Origin: an uncultured virus (IMG/VR IMGVR_UViG_3300040806_001404)
Lineage: Duplodnaviria; Heunggongvirae; Uroviricota; Caudoviricetes
DNA: 64,000 bases
Reading direction: 5' to 3' (one strand)
IMG/VR virus record: IMGVR_UViG_3300040806_001404
The notes beneath the pieces were generated by a model that saw only the letters and a list, made by a program, of their open reading frames with translations, searched no databases and was not told where the DNA came from. Of the stretch, positions 17,196 to 29,000 are shown piece after piece; the first letter of the stretch is position 1, and each line of letters starts with the position of its first letter. The translations under genes were made by a program, and so were the position numbers.

Positions 17196-18795
17196 TTCCA
17201 GTCCACTCCTGTTCGAACCAGATGTTTCCATCTTCGTCTTTAGTATATTTATCCTTTTCATAGTTCCCACTCTCAACGTAGCCAAATGGTAACATATCGT
17301 CTTGAATAGCTTTTAATCTTTCTTTATATAACATATCTTTCATATCAATATTTGTTAATGATTGAAAAACATCTGTTGTTGTAAACCATGCAAATAATAC
17401 TAAATTCATCATTAAGTCATCATGATTTGGAGCAACAGCCATATAAGTATTTCCTTTACTTACAAATGTACTCATTTCAACTATAGTATTTGCATCATTT
17501 ATTTTTAATTTCTTTTGTTCTATTAAATCTTTTATACTCGAACAACCAATACGTTTTACTCTTTTTGTCATTGTAGCACCAAGAGCATTTGCTTTAATAC
17601 TTGATTCTACAAACATGTTCTCATATTCTAAATCATAATAGAGTCCATTACATACAACTCCACCTTGGTCATTACTTTCAATTACAACATAAGCTTCGTT
17701 ATATGTATTTGCATATTTGTATATAATATCTGGTAATAACATTGGAGATATATTATTATCTCTAAATACACAAACTTGTTCAAATGGTTGTGTAGTCACA
17801 TCAATAATTGTAAATGTACTATAGTCTTGATTTCTTCCCTTTGAAACATCAACAGTCATGACATACTCATGTTCAAGTTCAGGTTGTTTGTATACAAATA
17901 CGTTTTCTTTATAAAATTCTGGTTCAATACTTTGTTGAGCTAATAAATAATTTGAACCTATTAATGTATTACCTCTTCCATGAAATGTATTACCAAATTC
18001 TTGCTCAAACTGTAATTCCGAAGTATTAGATACAGTTTGTCTTTTCCACTCTTCATCTCTTCCTGGTACATCCCACCAATCAACTCTAAAAGGTTTAAAC
18101 TCATTTGTTTTTTGTACAGCACCTTCCCATAGTTTATGATATACATTACCTATTCCATTTGCCGTAGAAGTAATAATAACCTTTGTATCTTTACCAGATG
18201 AAACTACCGGATAAGTAGATGTATAAAACTGTGCGTCATTCTCTACAAAAGCAAACTCATCTAAAAATAATAAGTTAATTGATAAACCCCTTATTGAACT
18301 ACCACTTGTAGCAGAAGCTATTATCTTACTATTATTACTAAACTCTATACTACCTTTATTTAATGCCTTACAACCTGGCTGTAAAAAGAAAGGTAAATTT
18401 TCTAGCGCAAGCGTAATACGCGCGAGCATTTCTCTAGCAACTGCTCCCTTATTAGCTAATATAGCAATTGTTTTTTCTGGATGAAATACTGCATACCATA
18501 AAAGATATACGACTGAAGAAATTGATTTACCACTTTGTCGACAAGCTAATACAATACTAAATCTACTATCATTAAAGTGTTTAAACATCTTTTCTTGATA
18601 TGGATATAAATCAAATGGAACTAAACCTTCATCTAGATTAATAATTTTAATATAAGTTCTTGCAAAATATGCAGGATTTCTCATGCACTTTTGGTATTCT
18701 AGAATATCCTCTCTTGTGAATTCAGTTTCAACACCATCTCTTTTAACAGACGGGTTGCCTAGATAACCAAACTCATTATTCTTTAACTTTTGCAT
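17182..18795 (-). CDS. gp17: terminase large subunit
   Basis: YLGNP, RQSGKS, LDEFAF, ITSTANG, DVSKG..QDYS, HDDLMM. Confidence 0.97.
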   Translation of the reverse strand: MQKLKNNEFGYLGNPSVKRDGVETEFTREDILEYQKCMRNPAYFARTYIKIINLDEGLVPFDLYPYQEKMFKHFNDSRFSIVLACRQSGKSISSVVYLLWYAVFHPEKTIAILANKGAVAREMLARITLALENLPFFLQPGCKALNKGSIEFSNNSKIIASATSGSSIRGLSINLLFLDEFAFVENDAQFYTSTYPVVSSGKDTKVIITSTANGIGNVYHKLWEGAVQKTNEFKPFRVDWWDVPGRDEEWKRQTVSNTSELQFEQEFGNTFHGRGNTLIGSNYLLAQQSIEPEFYKENVFVYKQPELEHEYVMTVDVSKGRNQDYSTFTIIDVTTQPFEQVCVFRDNNISPMLLPDIIYKYANTYNEAYVVIESNDQGGVVCNGLYYDLEYENMFVESSIKANALGATMTKRVKRIGCSSIKDLIEQKKLKINDANTIVEMSTFVSKGNTYMAVAPNHDDLMMNLVLFAWFTTTDVFQSLTNIDMKDMLYKERLKAIQDDMLPFGYVESGNYEKDKYTKDEDGNIWFEQEWTGNAKF

Positions 18796-19186
18796 CAATC
18801 ACATTATCTCTATCTAATAAAAGTCTTTGCAAGTCAGTTGTACTACCTACAAACATATTATTATTTGTCACATTTTTTTGTTTTTCAGTCTCATCTGCTG
18901 TTAAGTCTTTCTTTTTCTTTTGTAAAGACATAAGCTTTTCAGTAGTATCACCAATATTTTTTATTGTTTGAGCAAGCACTTCAAAAGCTCTTGGATGTTC
19001 AGATTCTCTCGCAAGTTCTGCAAGTACGTCCATAGAGCGAGTACCTGTATATATTAAGTCTTTATAAGTTTTTCGTGAAAACTCATAATCATCTTTAATA
19101 TCTTTATCTATTTTAATAGGTCTGTTCTGTCTTACTTCTGGCAAATTCTTTTCTAAATTTGCAGTCATTTTTTCTTTTTTATCCAT
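18776..19186 (-). CDS. gp16: terminase small subunit
   Basis: DDYEFSR, LARESEHPRAFEV, NNNMFVGSTTDLQ. Confidence 0.92.
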   Translation of the reverse strand: MDKKEKMTANLEKNLPEVRQNRPIKIDKDIKDDYEFSRKTYKDLIYTGTRSMDVLAELARESEHPRAFEVLAQTIKNIGDTTEKLMSLQKKKKDLTADETEKQKNVTNNNMFVGSTTDLQRLLLDRDNVIDAKVKE

Positions 19187-19935
19187 TATCCACCTTCAGT
19201 AATAGTTTCCGTTACCGTGAAACTATCAGCATTATCAGAAGCACCAACAGTAAAATCTATTTCCTCAAACGTTCTACCTACGTTATCTTTTTCGTGGAAA
19301 TCTAGATTGACTTCACGTATTATTGCTTGGTCGGATGTTGGACCAAAAAACTTCATTTTCATTGTAAAGTCTAATTGATAGATTAATACTCTTCTTTCTG
19401 TAAAGTCTCCTTCATATTGGTCGTCTATAGCAATTGAACCAAGTATTACAGAAACATCTTGTTTATAATCAAACCCTGTGACTGGCTTGATTGTGACATT
19501 ATACTCTGGTTGAAAATATGGTAATATTTGTTCTACTATTTGTAAACCATCATCTTGATTTTTTGCCATAATATATAATGACATTCCAATATCGTATGAA
19601 GTATAATGCTTTATTGTTTTCTTTTTAGTAACATCTGAAGCATGTGTTTCAGATATAATATTTCTTTTAGCTAACTTTTGAGTAGTATCTAAAGTAACGC
19701 CACTAATTTCAAAGGCCATTCTTGGTAATTTGATAGCCATTTGAGCATCAAATCCAGTTTCTTGGTCTAATCTAGCTAAAAACTTTTGTTTAGGTCCATA
19801 CGCTAATGGAACTCTTATTTGATTTAAAATACTACCATCAGCTGCAGTTCTTGCAACTTTTAAATTATTAAACAATGTACCAAAGACTGCAACAGACTTT
19901 CTCATTGTAGCATGATAAAAATGGTCACCAAACAT
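19186..19935 (-). CDS. gp15: tail sheath stabiliser / terminator
   Basis: FYH...RK.V..FGTLFN, VPLAYGPKQKFLARL, LPRMAFE, QIVEQILPYFQP. Confidence 0.93.
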   Translation of the reverse strand: MFGDHFYHATMRKSVAVFGTLFNNLKVARTAADGSILNQIRVPLAYGPKQKFLARLDQETGFDAQMAIKLPRMAFEISGVTLDTTQKLAKRNIISETHASDVTKKKTIKHYTSYDIGMSLYIMAKNQDDGLQIVEQILPYFQPEYNVTIKPVTGFDYKQDVSVILGSIAIDDQYEGDFTERRVLIYQLDFTMKMKFFGPTSDQAIIREVNLDFHEKDNVGRTFEEIDFTVGASDNADSFTVTETITEGG

Positions 19936-20879
19936 TAGTATGTCTCCGATGGGTCGCCAAATGGATTTGATTCTGAGAAATCAATAAATCCATCAGCATT
20001 TATTTCAAAGTCTATATTTTGAGCTTCTTCATCAGCAATCCAAGAGTTTCCTGTTAAATCAGTGACATCGCTATAAACTTTTGCTATTGTTCCAGTATAT
20101 GCGCTTGTTCTACCTGTTAGTGTTCCACCTACAGTAAAGTCCTTTGCTGACGTTGAGCCTGATGTACCAATATTAGATACCCATAGTTTACTTAAAATAT
20201 TAGATGGTTTCTTTCTTTGTTGTACTTCACCAAATACAATAACTGCTGGAGTATCTCCTACAGCTGCTGTAATAGTTTGTTCTACTATTTCTCCTACTGC
20301 AAAATGATTTCCACCTGATATCGTAACATCTATTGGAAGTTGATAAGCAGCTTTTGCTGTTGAAGTATCTATTGACTCAACACCTGTTTCAAAGTCCTCA
20401 TCACTATATTCAAATAGTGAGCATTGCATTTTGTATACAGGTAAGTTAGATAATTGATAGAATGGTGATTCGTCTTCTACAAAAGTTATCTCAAAAAATG
20501 AATTGGTCATTGGTAAGAAGATTAAATCTCCTTCTTGTGGTCTTGGGTCAACAACATTATCTGAGAATGCACCAACTCTTGTTTCCCATCTTCTTCTTGA
20601 TACGATAAAGGTAGCATCGTCTCGTATTTCTAAACCAAATTTAGAATATAAATCTCCAGCACCTTCAAACCCTTCAGTATTTTCAATGTACATTTCTAAG
20701 AGATATGCATCATCAAATTTTCCTGCAGGGTCTTCGTTAAGTATACTATCTCTATTTACAAGAGTACGTGGAATGTAATAAACATCTTGTCCATATATTC
20801 CTAATGATTCTATTATCAGGTCTTCGTATAAGTGTTGTTCACTTTTGACGGCCTGAGAAAAGTATACGTTTCTCGGCAT
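19935..20879 (-). CDS. gp14: neck protein
   Basis: EQ.LYEDLIIES..IYGQDVYYIPR, SKFGLEIRD, RPQEGDLIF, DFSESNPFG. Confidence 0.93.
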   Translation of the reverse strand: MPRNVYFSQAVKSEQHLYEDLIIESLGIYGQDVYYIPRTLVNRDSILNEDPAGKFDDAYLLEMYIENTEGFEGAGDLYSKFGLEIRDDATFIVSRRRWETRVGAFSDNVVDPRPQEGDLIFLPMTNSFFEITFVEDESPFYQLSNLPVYKMQCSLFEYSDEDFETGVESIDTSTAKAAYQLPIDVTISGGNHFAVGEIVEQTITAAVGDTPAVIVFGEVQQRKKPSNILSKLWVSNIGTSGSTSAKDFTVGGTLTGRTSAYTGTIAKVYSDVTDLTGNSWIADEEAQNIDFEINADGFIDFSESNPFGDPSETY

Positions 20880-20882
20880 GTT

Positions 20883-21632
20883 TTATCCTGTCATGAAGTC
20901 GACTGGTTGTTCCCAATTAAGCCTAGCTTCTTCTTCTAATTTTACTAATTCTTCGTTTGCGTCATCAAACAATTGACGACCATTGAACGTTACTCCACCT
21001 GGCATTACCATACCTTCAAACTTAATTAAGTTTTGTCCCCATTGTCTTTTTAATAGTGCAGTACAATATCTTTTTAAGAAATAATCGTTATAAACATCAG
21101 TATATGTGTCAGGGTCTATTACTCTATAACATTCTACAATTAAGTAATCACCAACAATAACTTCTTCAGACCAGTCCATAAATATTTCTAATCTATTTTT
21201 ATGTCTTTCAAAGTTGATATGTTTTTCATCTGAATCGACAACAACATCTAATAAAGATAAGAATTGTCTTGACATTACGTATTCAGTTAAATTACCCATA
21301 AAGCCGACTGAATGAATATCGTTTAAATGTATTTGATATCTTATATCAAACATATCAGTTGATGTAACAGAATCTCTGATAGGCATAACTCTTACAACAT
21401 CTGTAATTAAGTCATTGATTGCAATATATTTATTATCGATATCTGTTTGAGTGACTTGATGTTTTAAATAAAATTTTTCAATTGAATCTGCGTGATATGT
21501 TTGATAAAATTGTAAAGCTTCATCAACTCTGTCATCAATTTGGTCATCATCTATATTAATCTCAATCACTGGTGCACCCAATGACCTTAAACAATAATCG
21601 ATAAATGTTTGTTTACTATTTGGTTTTGCCAT
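20883..21632 (-). CDS. gp13: neck protein
   Basis: YCLR.LGAPVIEINIDDDQ..DR, TALLKRQWGQNLIKF.G..MPGGVT.NG. Confidence 0.94.
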   Translation of the reverse strand: MAKPNSKQTFIDYCLRSLGAPVIEINIDDDQIDDRVDEALQFYQTYHADSIEKFYLKHQVTQTDIDNKYIAINDLITDVVRVMPIRDSVTSTDMFDIRYQIHLNDIHSVGFMGNLTEYVMSRQFLSLLDVVVDSDEKHINFERHKNRLEIFMDWSEEVIVGDYLIVECYRVIDPDTYTDVYNDYFLKRYCTALLKRQWGQNLIKFEGMVMPGGVTFNGRQLFDDANEELVKLEEEARLNWEQPVDFMTG

Positions 21633-21652
21633 ATTTAATTCCTATTATATTC

Positions 21653-21660
21653 TATTTATA
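21653..21660 (-). promoter_or_regulatory. T4 late promoter TATAAATA
   Basis: Exact consensus upstream of gp13. Confidence 0.8.
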
Positions 21661-21676
21661 ATAGTTTTACCCTTAC

Positions 21677-22282
21677 TTATACACTTAGTGTTCCGGAACG
21701 TAAGGCATAAAGTGTGTAGCCATATTCCTTAATTCTATTATTTGATGGGTCGGTAGTTTCAAATCTTACACCATAATGTGAATTAAACCTATTATGTACT
21801 CCAGCTCCACCAATATGCGATGCTAAAGAAGTGGAAATTCTATGGGTTCCATGCCACCAAACATTTGGAAAAGCATTACCTGTACCTCGTGTTGGGTCAG
21901 AAATATTAATTGTATAATTGCCCATATAAGCGTTGAGTTCATTACCTGTTTTTAAAGCCGTAATTGGAAATCCTCTACGATTATTAAAGCTTAAATCATT
22001 ATTACTAATATCTCCATTACCTTCTCCATGAGAATAATAACCTCCATAACATCCAATTGTGTCTAGTGTATTTGCAGCACTCATTGGTGTCATAAGTAGT
22101 GCATACCCATTAACTTCAACATTATGTAATTCGATTATAAATCTACCATAACCTGCATTTCTAGCACTGGAATATTCAACATCAAAATGAGATACACTAG
22201 TACTTGTATAACCACTGCTCCAAACTACTCCAGGACCTTCTGATTTTTTAGCAGTTGTTCCGTCTGTAATATATAAAGGCAT
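21677..22282 (-). CDS. hypothetical beta-rich virion/fibre-associated protein
   Basis: 201 aa rich in G/N/Y/S; start overlaps the stop of the upstream fibre gene. Confidence 0.6.
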   Translation of the reverse strand: MPLYITDGTTAKKSEGPGVVWSSGYTSTSVSHFDVEYSSARNAGYGRFIIELHNVEVNGYALLMTPMSAANTLDTIGCYGGYYSHGEGNGDISNNDLSFNNRRGFPITALKTGNELNAYMGNYTINISDPTRGTGNAFPNVWWHGTHRISTSLASHIGGAGVHNRFNSHYGVRFETTDPSNNRIKEYGYTLYALRSGTLSV

Positions 22283-25200
22283 TAGTCTGTTACCTCCGTA
22301 AGATTAAATTTATATTTTTTACCATTTCTTCTATTAATTAAGAATAAATCATCAGCACCTTCTTGTATTGTCCAAGAACCATTTGTTCCATCAACTTCAT
22401 TGCCTTCTCTTGTATATGCATTTCCTTCCATATCCTCGCCTTCCGGTGGCATATTTGATAAGTTAAGGTCATTAGTATAGATATTTCTATAACCAGATGA
22501 AGCAGAACCTAAATCAAAAGTATTATTTACTCTTGGAAGTTGATGACCGGCTTCTGTCCAAATAGTATGGTAATCTGCCATTGTATCATTACCTATACCA
22601 AAGTTTCTATTACCGGCCCCATAAGGATTAATGCCCATTACAACTTTATAAGCACATGCTGGGTTTGCATCATTTAAAAAATCAGATTCAGTAGCACCAT
22701 TAATAAATGCCATACTTATTTCAGCGTCTGAAGTATTAGCTATTCTAAAATGACCCCAACTTGCATAAGAGTTAGAGGCTATTACTCCCATTCTACCACC
22801 ACTTACATGTAACTTTCCTGTAGGACTATCAGTTCCAATACCAACGTTGCCGAGATATGGTTGTAATACTAAATTATATGCGGCAGTAGCATTGTAGTTA
22901 CTAACATCAATATAATATGCGCCTGTACCATTATCCATAGCACCTATTCTAAGAGCATCACTTCCGGCGATATTTCCGTTAAAGTAAGCTACTGCACCAG
23001 AGACAATAGTTGCTGAATTTGTTACTGCACCACCACCCGCTCTTGATACATAAAATGGTAAACGTGCTGTCGTGTCGGCAACAAGAGCCCTTCCAGCAAC
23101 TTGAAGATTCCACGAAGGTGAAATTACTCCGATACCAACGTTGCCGTTTGTATGAATACGCATACGCTCTGTATATGATCCACCACCCATAAACTTAACA
23201 GGAGCATTTGCAGACCAGCCGTATTCTAATTCATTACTACTATTCGCCCGCATAATTGTGCGAATAGTTCCGCCAGTATCTTTAGTTCGTATCTCTAGTG
23301 CGTTATTTAGGAGTATATTACCTCCTGATATGTGCAGTTTTTCTGCTGGAGAACTTGTTCCGATACCAACGTTGCCTGAGCTATTAATTCTTATTCCTAC
23401 ATTAGAATCAGAAAAGCCTATCCCATGCAATATTTTAAATTCGTCATCCGTATCAACACCCCATGACCACCATTGGGCAGCATCATTTGAATCAGTAGAA
23501 GCAATTAAATTAAGTGCTTTTTTCGATGTGCCAACTGCACTTAATTGAGTTAATCTATCTTGTGTAGGCTCAGCACCTTTAATATGTAATGATGCATCTG
23601 CAGTACTACCTTCAGTTGCTCCTGTATTTATGATTTGCATTGAAGCATTATAGATATCAAGTTTTGAATTATTACCTACATTATTTGTTCCAATTCCAAT
23701 ACTTCCATTACTTAAATCCATTGTCAATATATTATTTGTAATAAAAGAATTTCCAGCATCATTTAATGAACCAAATTTACCAATTCCTCCATCTACAACA
23801 AAATTTAAATGTTTATCATCTGTAGAACCTGAGTAATCAATTAAATCTAAATGAGCTCCATCGCCACCATTTATTACAATCCTTGCTCTTTGACTTGTAT
23901 CTTGTACTTGTAAAACAGTGGCTGCATTATCTGTATAACTTGCCCATGAATTAGGACTATCAGTTCCAATTCCAACATTGCCTAAACTATCAATACGCAT
24001 AGCTTCTGCTGGAGTTCCTGCATGATTAGTCCAAAACACCAAATTTGTTGGATTACCACTAGCTGCTGTGTTTTCAGCATAAAGACCAACACCACCATTA
24101 AACGAAACAGTTCCACCATTACTTGAAACAGTATAAGTAGTACTTGTAGCTCCTAATCCAATTCCTGATGCCTTTGGATAAGTTCCAGTAGTGCTGTGAT
24201 TTACATTTAAAACACTACCACTATTAATAGTTCCTGCAAAGGTAGCATTTTGTGATGCATCTAGTGTAAGAGCACTAGATGCACCAGTGAAGAAACTCAT
24301 TGTATCTCCATTAACACTTACTCTATTGCCATTATTTGTTGAGCTACTATCTTCAATAATTATAGCCGCACCTGCATCTGTTGATTCAAATTTAGCAACA
24401 TAATCGTATGGTGTGGAAGTAACTAAAGGAAAAGAACCAATAGAATTGGAAAATATTCCTGTATTAGTAGTAGTTGTAAAAACGCCCGCAGAGATAGTTC
24501 CTGTTACGTCTATGCCTGTTGAGGTGGCGGTTAGTATATCGCCTGTACCATTTAAATGTATCCTGTAACTACCATCAGAAACAGCTCTGTTATACCAAGG
24601 CTGATTAGAACCTTGCTTTATACCAAACTGGTAATCTGAGCCTGTTAAATCTAATCTCTCTTCACTTGCATCCCAAAAGAACTTAGCCGTAGTTCCTGTA
24701 TCTTCGTAAAAAGAGATGTCTCCGTTGTTGGCTATGTTTAGCCTAGTATCCCCATCAGTATATAGCCTTACAGCCCCTGAGCCTGTGCCTGACTGATAAA
24801 CAACAAAATCTTCCGTTGAGTCTCCACTTACGCCAACGTACCAAGGAACAGACGATACTGCACTTTCAAAACTAATTTGAGAGCCATTGTTTGTACTATT
24901 AATAGCGATACCAGTAAGACTGGTTGTGTTTACAGCTATAGCACCATCAACAGTCAAACCATCCATTGTGGCTGTACCTGTTACATTAATATCTTTATTA
25001 AAGTCCCATTCGTCGTTAGTACCATCATAGATAATTGTGGCTGATGCTCCATCTACTGTAATTCCAGCGCCATTAGCTGCAGCCGCATTGGCTGCTCCTG
25101 ATGCTAATGTGAGATTTAAATCATCTACTGTCATTGTAGTAGAATTAATTGTAGTTGTTGTACCATCAACTTGTAAATTACCAGCGATAACGACTGTTCC

Positions 25201-25680
25201 AGTATTGTTTCCTACTGCAGCCGGGTCGATAGTAAATGTTGCTGGACCTGCTATATATCCAGTTGTTGTAATATTACCAAAGGTCGGAGTAGCAGACGTT
25301 CCTACATCTTGTCCTATTGCAATAGCACCTGATGAATATGTAACTCCAGTTCCACCAGATAAATGCGAATCTATTCTTGCATTTGTGAAATATAAATTAG
25401 TTGAGCCTTCTGTTAAATCATCTGTTGTCGCAGCTGCAATTCGAGCATCTGCTCTTGCATCCGTATAATAAAGATTAGTACTTCCTTCTGATACATCATC
25501 AGTATCAATTGAAGTTAAATTACTTGTTGATACGGTAAACGAGGTATGCAACATTGCAGCAGTAATAGTATTATCTGCAACATGGTCGCTTGTAATATAG
25601 TCATTCGGTATTTTACCAGTATTTAACTGACCATTACCATCTACTAATTGTGCTAATCTTCTGTTTATTGTATATGCCAT
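22282..25680 (-). CDS. tail fibre protein A (1132 aa)
   Basis: EGSTNLY.T.AR repeats, shared neck module, five G.VGIG boxes, C-terminal NEVDGTNGSWTIQEG..DLFLINRRNGKKYKF domain typical of marine phage fibres. Confidence 0.8.
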   Translation of the reverse strand: MAYTINRRLAQLVDGNGQLNTGKIPNDYITSDHVADNTITAAMLHTSFTVSTSNLTSIDTDDVSEGSTNLYYTDARADARIAAATTDDLTEGSTNLYFTNARIDSHLSGGTGVTYSSGAIAIGQDVGTSATPTFGNITTTGYIAGPATFTIDPAAVGNNTGTVVIAGNLQVDGTTTTINSTTMTVDDLNLTLASGAANAAAANGAGITVDGASATIIYDGTNDEWDFNKDINVTGTATMDGLTVDGAIAVNTTSLTGIAINSTNNGSQISFESAVSSVPWYVGVSGDSTEDFVVYQSGTGSGAVRLYTDGDTRLNIANNGDISFYEDTGTTAKFFWDASEERLDLTGSDYQFGIKQGSNQPWYNRAVSDGSYRIHLNGTGDILTATSTGIDVTGTISAGVFTTTTNTGIFSNSIGSFPLVTSTPYDYVAKFESTDAGAAIIIEDSSSTNNGNRVSVNGDTMSFFTGASSALTLDASQNATFAGTINSGSVLNVNHSTTGTYPKASGIGLGATSTTYTVSSNGGTVSFNGGVGLYAENTAASGNPTNLVFWTNHAGTPAEAMRIDSLGNVGIGTDSPNSWASYTDNAATVLQVQDTSQRARIVINGGDGAHLDLIDYSGSTDDKHLNFVVDGGIGKFGSLNDAGNSFITNNILTMDLSNGSIGIGTNNVGNNSKLDIYNASMQIINTGATEGSTADASLHIKGAEPTQDRLTQLSAVGTSKKALNLIASTDSNDAAQWWSWGVDTDDEFKILHGIGFSDSNVGIRINSSGNVGIGTSSPAEKLHISGGNILLNNALEIRTKDTGGTIRTIMRANSSNELEYGWSANAPVKFMGGGSYTERMRIHTNGNVGIGVISPSWNLQVAGRALVADTTARLPFYVSRAGGGAVTNSATIVSGAVAYFNGNIAGSDALRIGAMDNGTGAYYIDVSNYNATAAYNLVLQPYLGNVGIGTDSPTGKLHVSGGRMGVIASNSYASWGHFRIANTSDAEISMAFINGATESDFLNDANPACAYKVVMGINPYGAGNRNFGIGNDTMADYHTIWTEAGHQLPRVNNTFDLGSASSGYRNIYTNDLNLSNMPPEGEDMEGNAYTREGNEVDGTNGSWTIQEGADDLFLINRRNGKKYKFNLTEVTD

Positions 25681-25685
25681 TTAAC

Positions 25686-25693
25686 TATTTATC
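25686..25693 (-). promoter_or_regulatory. late promoter variant GATAAATA fused to the start codon
   Basis: GGATAAATAGTTAAATGGCA, identical to 32161-32180. Confidence 0.7.
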
Positions 25694-26042
25694 CCTCTGG
25701 TTTTTCTGGCCACACAACATCATCTAAGGATGTATATGTTTCAGTTATATCTCTTAATGCTTGACGATATGTTTGCCATGATAACCTAATGTCTTCTGGT
25801 ATATCTGAATTTTGTGTCCAATCACAACTACTCAATAACATATTTCTTTCTGCTCTTAGTCGTTTTAATTTTATGCTATTTTCAGCTGATATTCCCCATT
25901 CATCTAATTGTTCTCTTGTAGGCGGTTCTGAATCTTCATTCCATTCTAATATATTACCTCGCAAAGTTATATCTAATTCATGACCTCTGTTATTCATTAT
26001 TCCTATAAACTGTTCGTATGTTATATTTTCTATCTTAATCAT
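25689..26042 (-). CDS. tail fibre assembly chaperone
   Basis: LRAERN.LL..CDWTQ..D......WQTYRQALRDIT......DVVWPEKP. Confidence 0.85.
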   Translation of the reverse strand: MIKIENITYEQFIGIMNNRGHELDITLRGNILEWNEDSEPPTREQLDEWGISAENSIKLKRLRAERNMLLSSCDWTQNSDIPEDIRLSWQTYRQALRDITETYTSLDDVVWPEKPEG

Positions 26043-29000
26043 TAGAACGTTCCTTGTAATATTTCTGTTGCAACAAATCCATACGGTTGTACAGGATAAG
26101 CATCATCACTACCAAAACCATTAGCTACACCAATTTGAATAAATGAATTGCCGCCGGCGTGATATAATACTAACCTATATGCTATTGTTTGGCCTTCATC
26201 ACTAAAGTCTGGGTCATCAATGATACAAGAATATTTAGAAGTTGTTCTATATCTATCTTGTTGTGACATATAGGTATTAGGGTCTGTGTTGTCAGAACCA
26301 ACTCTTGGCGGCGATAATTCTATATGAGCTTGTTGTGCTCCTTGACTGAAACCATCAACTCCTAAATCACTACAATCAGTCCAAGTACCACCATTTATAC
26401 TTCTTTGCATTCTACCATATCGATATGGATTTTGATTTTGATTTCCACCATTAGCATCATCTGTCGTATTTACATTACAAAAAATATCTATTTTAAAATG
26501 ACTATTTTTACTCATAGGTGTATAAGTAGCACTTGTGCTTAATACTACAGCACCTGTAGAGGTTGTATTCATAGGTGAAGTTTGTATACCATCAATTAAA
26601 ATTCCTTTAGGGTCACGATATACAGCTTTTGTTCCATTACTATAACCAGACAATGATGATAAAGTACTCATTGACCAACCAACTGCATAGTTTTCAAGTA
26701 CATTTTGAAAACCTTGTACAAAATCAGTGACTGCTAATTCGCACCTTGCAACACCACTCGTAGTTCCTAAAAAGACTGTAACCTTACCACTAGGATTAGT
26801 TAAAAATTGTATTTCTCCTACCCATTCTTCTGGCATCGTTCCTTGAACAGTTGTATTATAAAAATTATTTTCGCCAGAATAGCAACCTAAAACCATATCA
26901 ATGGCGCCACCATTATTTGAGTTATACCAATATCCTACAACTCTAAATGAAAACATATTAGCATTACCGGATTGGTTATGGCCAGGTATATTTGTATGAA
27001 TAGCTACACCGGTATCAGAAGATGAATAAAAACTGCCAGTACATAAATGAGTATAAAAATTAGTTCCAGAATCTGTTGAAGAATGAATAGGCTTCTGCAC
27101 ATCAACTACTCGTGTAGGTTGTAAACTAATATCCATGCCTGTATTTTGTGCTTCTATTACGAAATGTGATTCTTGATTAAGTTCAACAGATTTACTAGTA
27201 GATGTATTTTGTAATCTAAGTGTTGCAGTGCCAGCTTTTTCTATTTCTAGTCCTTCGCCAGCTGTAAAACTAGCCGCACCACCACTTCCAATTTTAAGGT
27301 TTCCATCATAATACATTCCGGGATTTCCACCACCTCCACCATACCATCGATATGACCCTTGGTTTGTGTTAAAGAATGCATAGTTAGAAGCATTAGAACT
27401 TATTCCTGTATTAAAAAATCCACCATCTTGACACACATATTGAGTGTATGTTTCAGCTGCAGAATCTTCGTTTTCCAGTCTTATTAATAAAGCTCCGGAA
27501 TCATGTTTAATGTGTAATTTTTCACTAGGATTAGTTTCACCAATACCAACATTACCGTCATACCTAAGTGTTAATTTTTCTTGTCTAATATTACCAGCTT
27601 CAGTTACATAGAAATGTAAATTTCCATCTTCAGAGCTATTAGTATTATCAACTATACTAGCACCTATTCCACCATATTCTATTTTTGTATCTGAACTATT
27701 TTTTAAAGAGAAATGAAGATTCGAACCACCACCAACTGTATTATGAGCCATGTGCAAATCTAAAATACCATATTCTTGAGATGCCCCAGTATAATTAGAC
27801 TTTGTTATAACAAATGGAACTGGTGTATTGGACCCTGTATGCTCAAACAACGTTTGTTCAGCGCCATTACCCACATCAACATAAAACGCATTATTAGTTG
27901 CACCGTTATTATTAACTACAAAAAGCGCCTGTGGGTTGTCTTCATTAATACCAACATAACCATTAGACTTAATTACTATTTTATCACTATATACTGCACT
28001 AGCATATCTTGTAATTCTAAAGGTATCATCACCTTTAACTGTATATAATCCCCATGCATTTGAGGTGTCATATTCTTGTAAATGAATTCCAGTATTAGTA
28101 TCATAAGGAGCTTTAACTGTAAGTGTAGCATTATCTAATGGTGTTGTACCAATAGCAACTTTGCCCGATGAGTCGATGGTCATACGAGCGAGTCTGCCAT
28201 CAGTGTTTGATGTGGCAAAAACTATAGGTGAACTAGCAGTATTGGCATTTCCAAAAATTTGCGACTCAATTCTAAACTCATTAGAATTGTCATATATTCT
28301 ATATACGTTATTCCCTGATGAGTAATTTTCGGAAACATAAAGACCCGTACCATTTGTTCTTACAGCACCTTCAACATCTAACTTAAAGGCTGCATTAGGA
28401 CTAGTCGTTCCAATTCCAACTCTGCCAGTTGACCTAACAACCATTTTATAGCCGCCATCTGCATAAACACCCATAACAGTTGCATCATGCGCTGCTGTGG
28501 CATCTGACCTAACTAATAATCCTTGTGCGTTTGCATCTGAACCTGTGTTATATATTCTTGAAATCCATGTATCTTTATCTGCTTCTACAGTCAAACCATC
28601 AGCAACAACTGTACCTGTTACGTCTATACCAGATGCAGTAACCCTCATTCTTTCACCACCATCAACATTAAGAACCATCTCATTAGTTCCAGTGTCGTCT
28701 AATAGTAAATAATTGTTAGTGCTTTTTAACACAACACCATTTTCTGCATCAATAGTTAAACCATTACTTACGTAAGTGTCATCTGTGTAGATTTTGTTTA
28801 CAGGAGTAGAGCTAGTATTAAACCGAAGCTCATTACCTTCAGAATTAAAAAGAATATTGCCATCAACAGTCAACCCATCCATCGTGGCTGTACCTGTTAC
28901 ATTTATGTCTTTATTAAAATCCCACTCATCATTTGTTCCATCGTATGTAATAGTTGCACTTGCACCATCGACTGTTATTCCAGCACCATTTGCTGCTGCT

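Noticed and set aside
17196..17285. 30-aa N-terminal extension of the ATP-grasp ORF
   Set aside because: It overlaps the gp17 coding end by ~100 nt; ATG 17195 has an SD-like GGAG and a normal short overlap.
12082..18795. Introns, inteins or homing endonucleases in the portal, sheath or terminase genes
   Set aside because: The ORFs are continuous and of ordinary length, with no splicing or endonuclease motifs seen.
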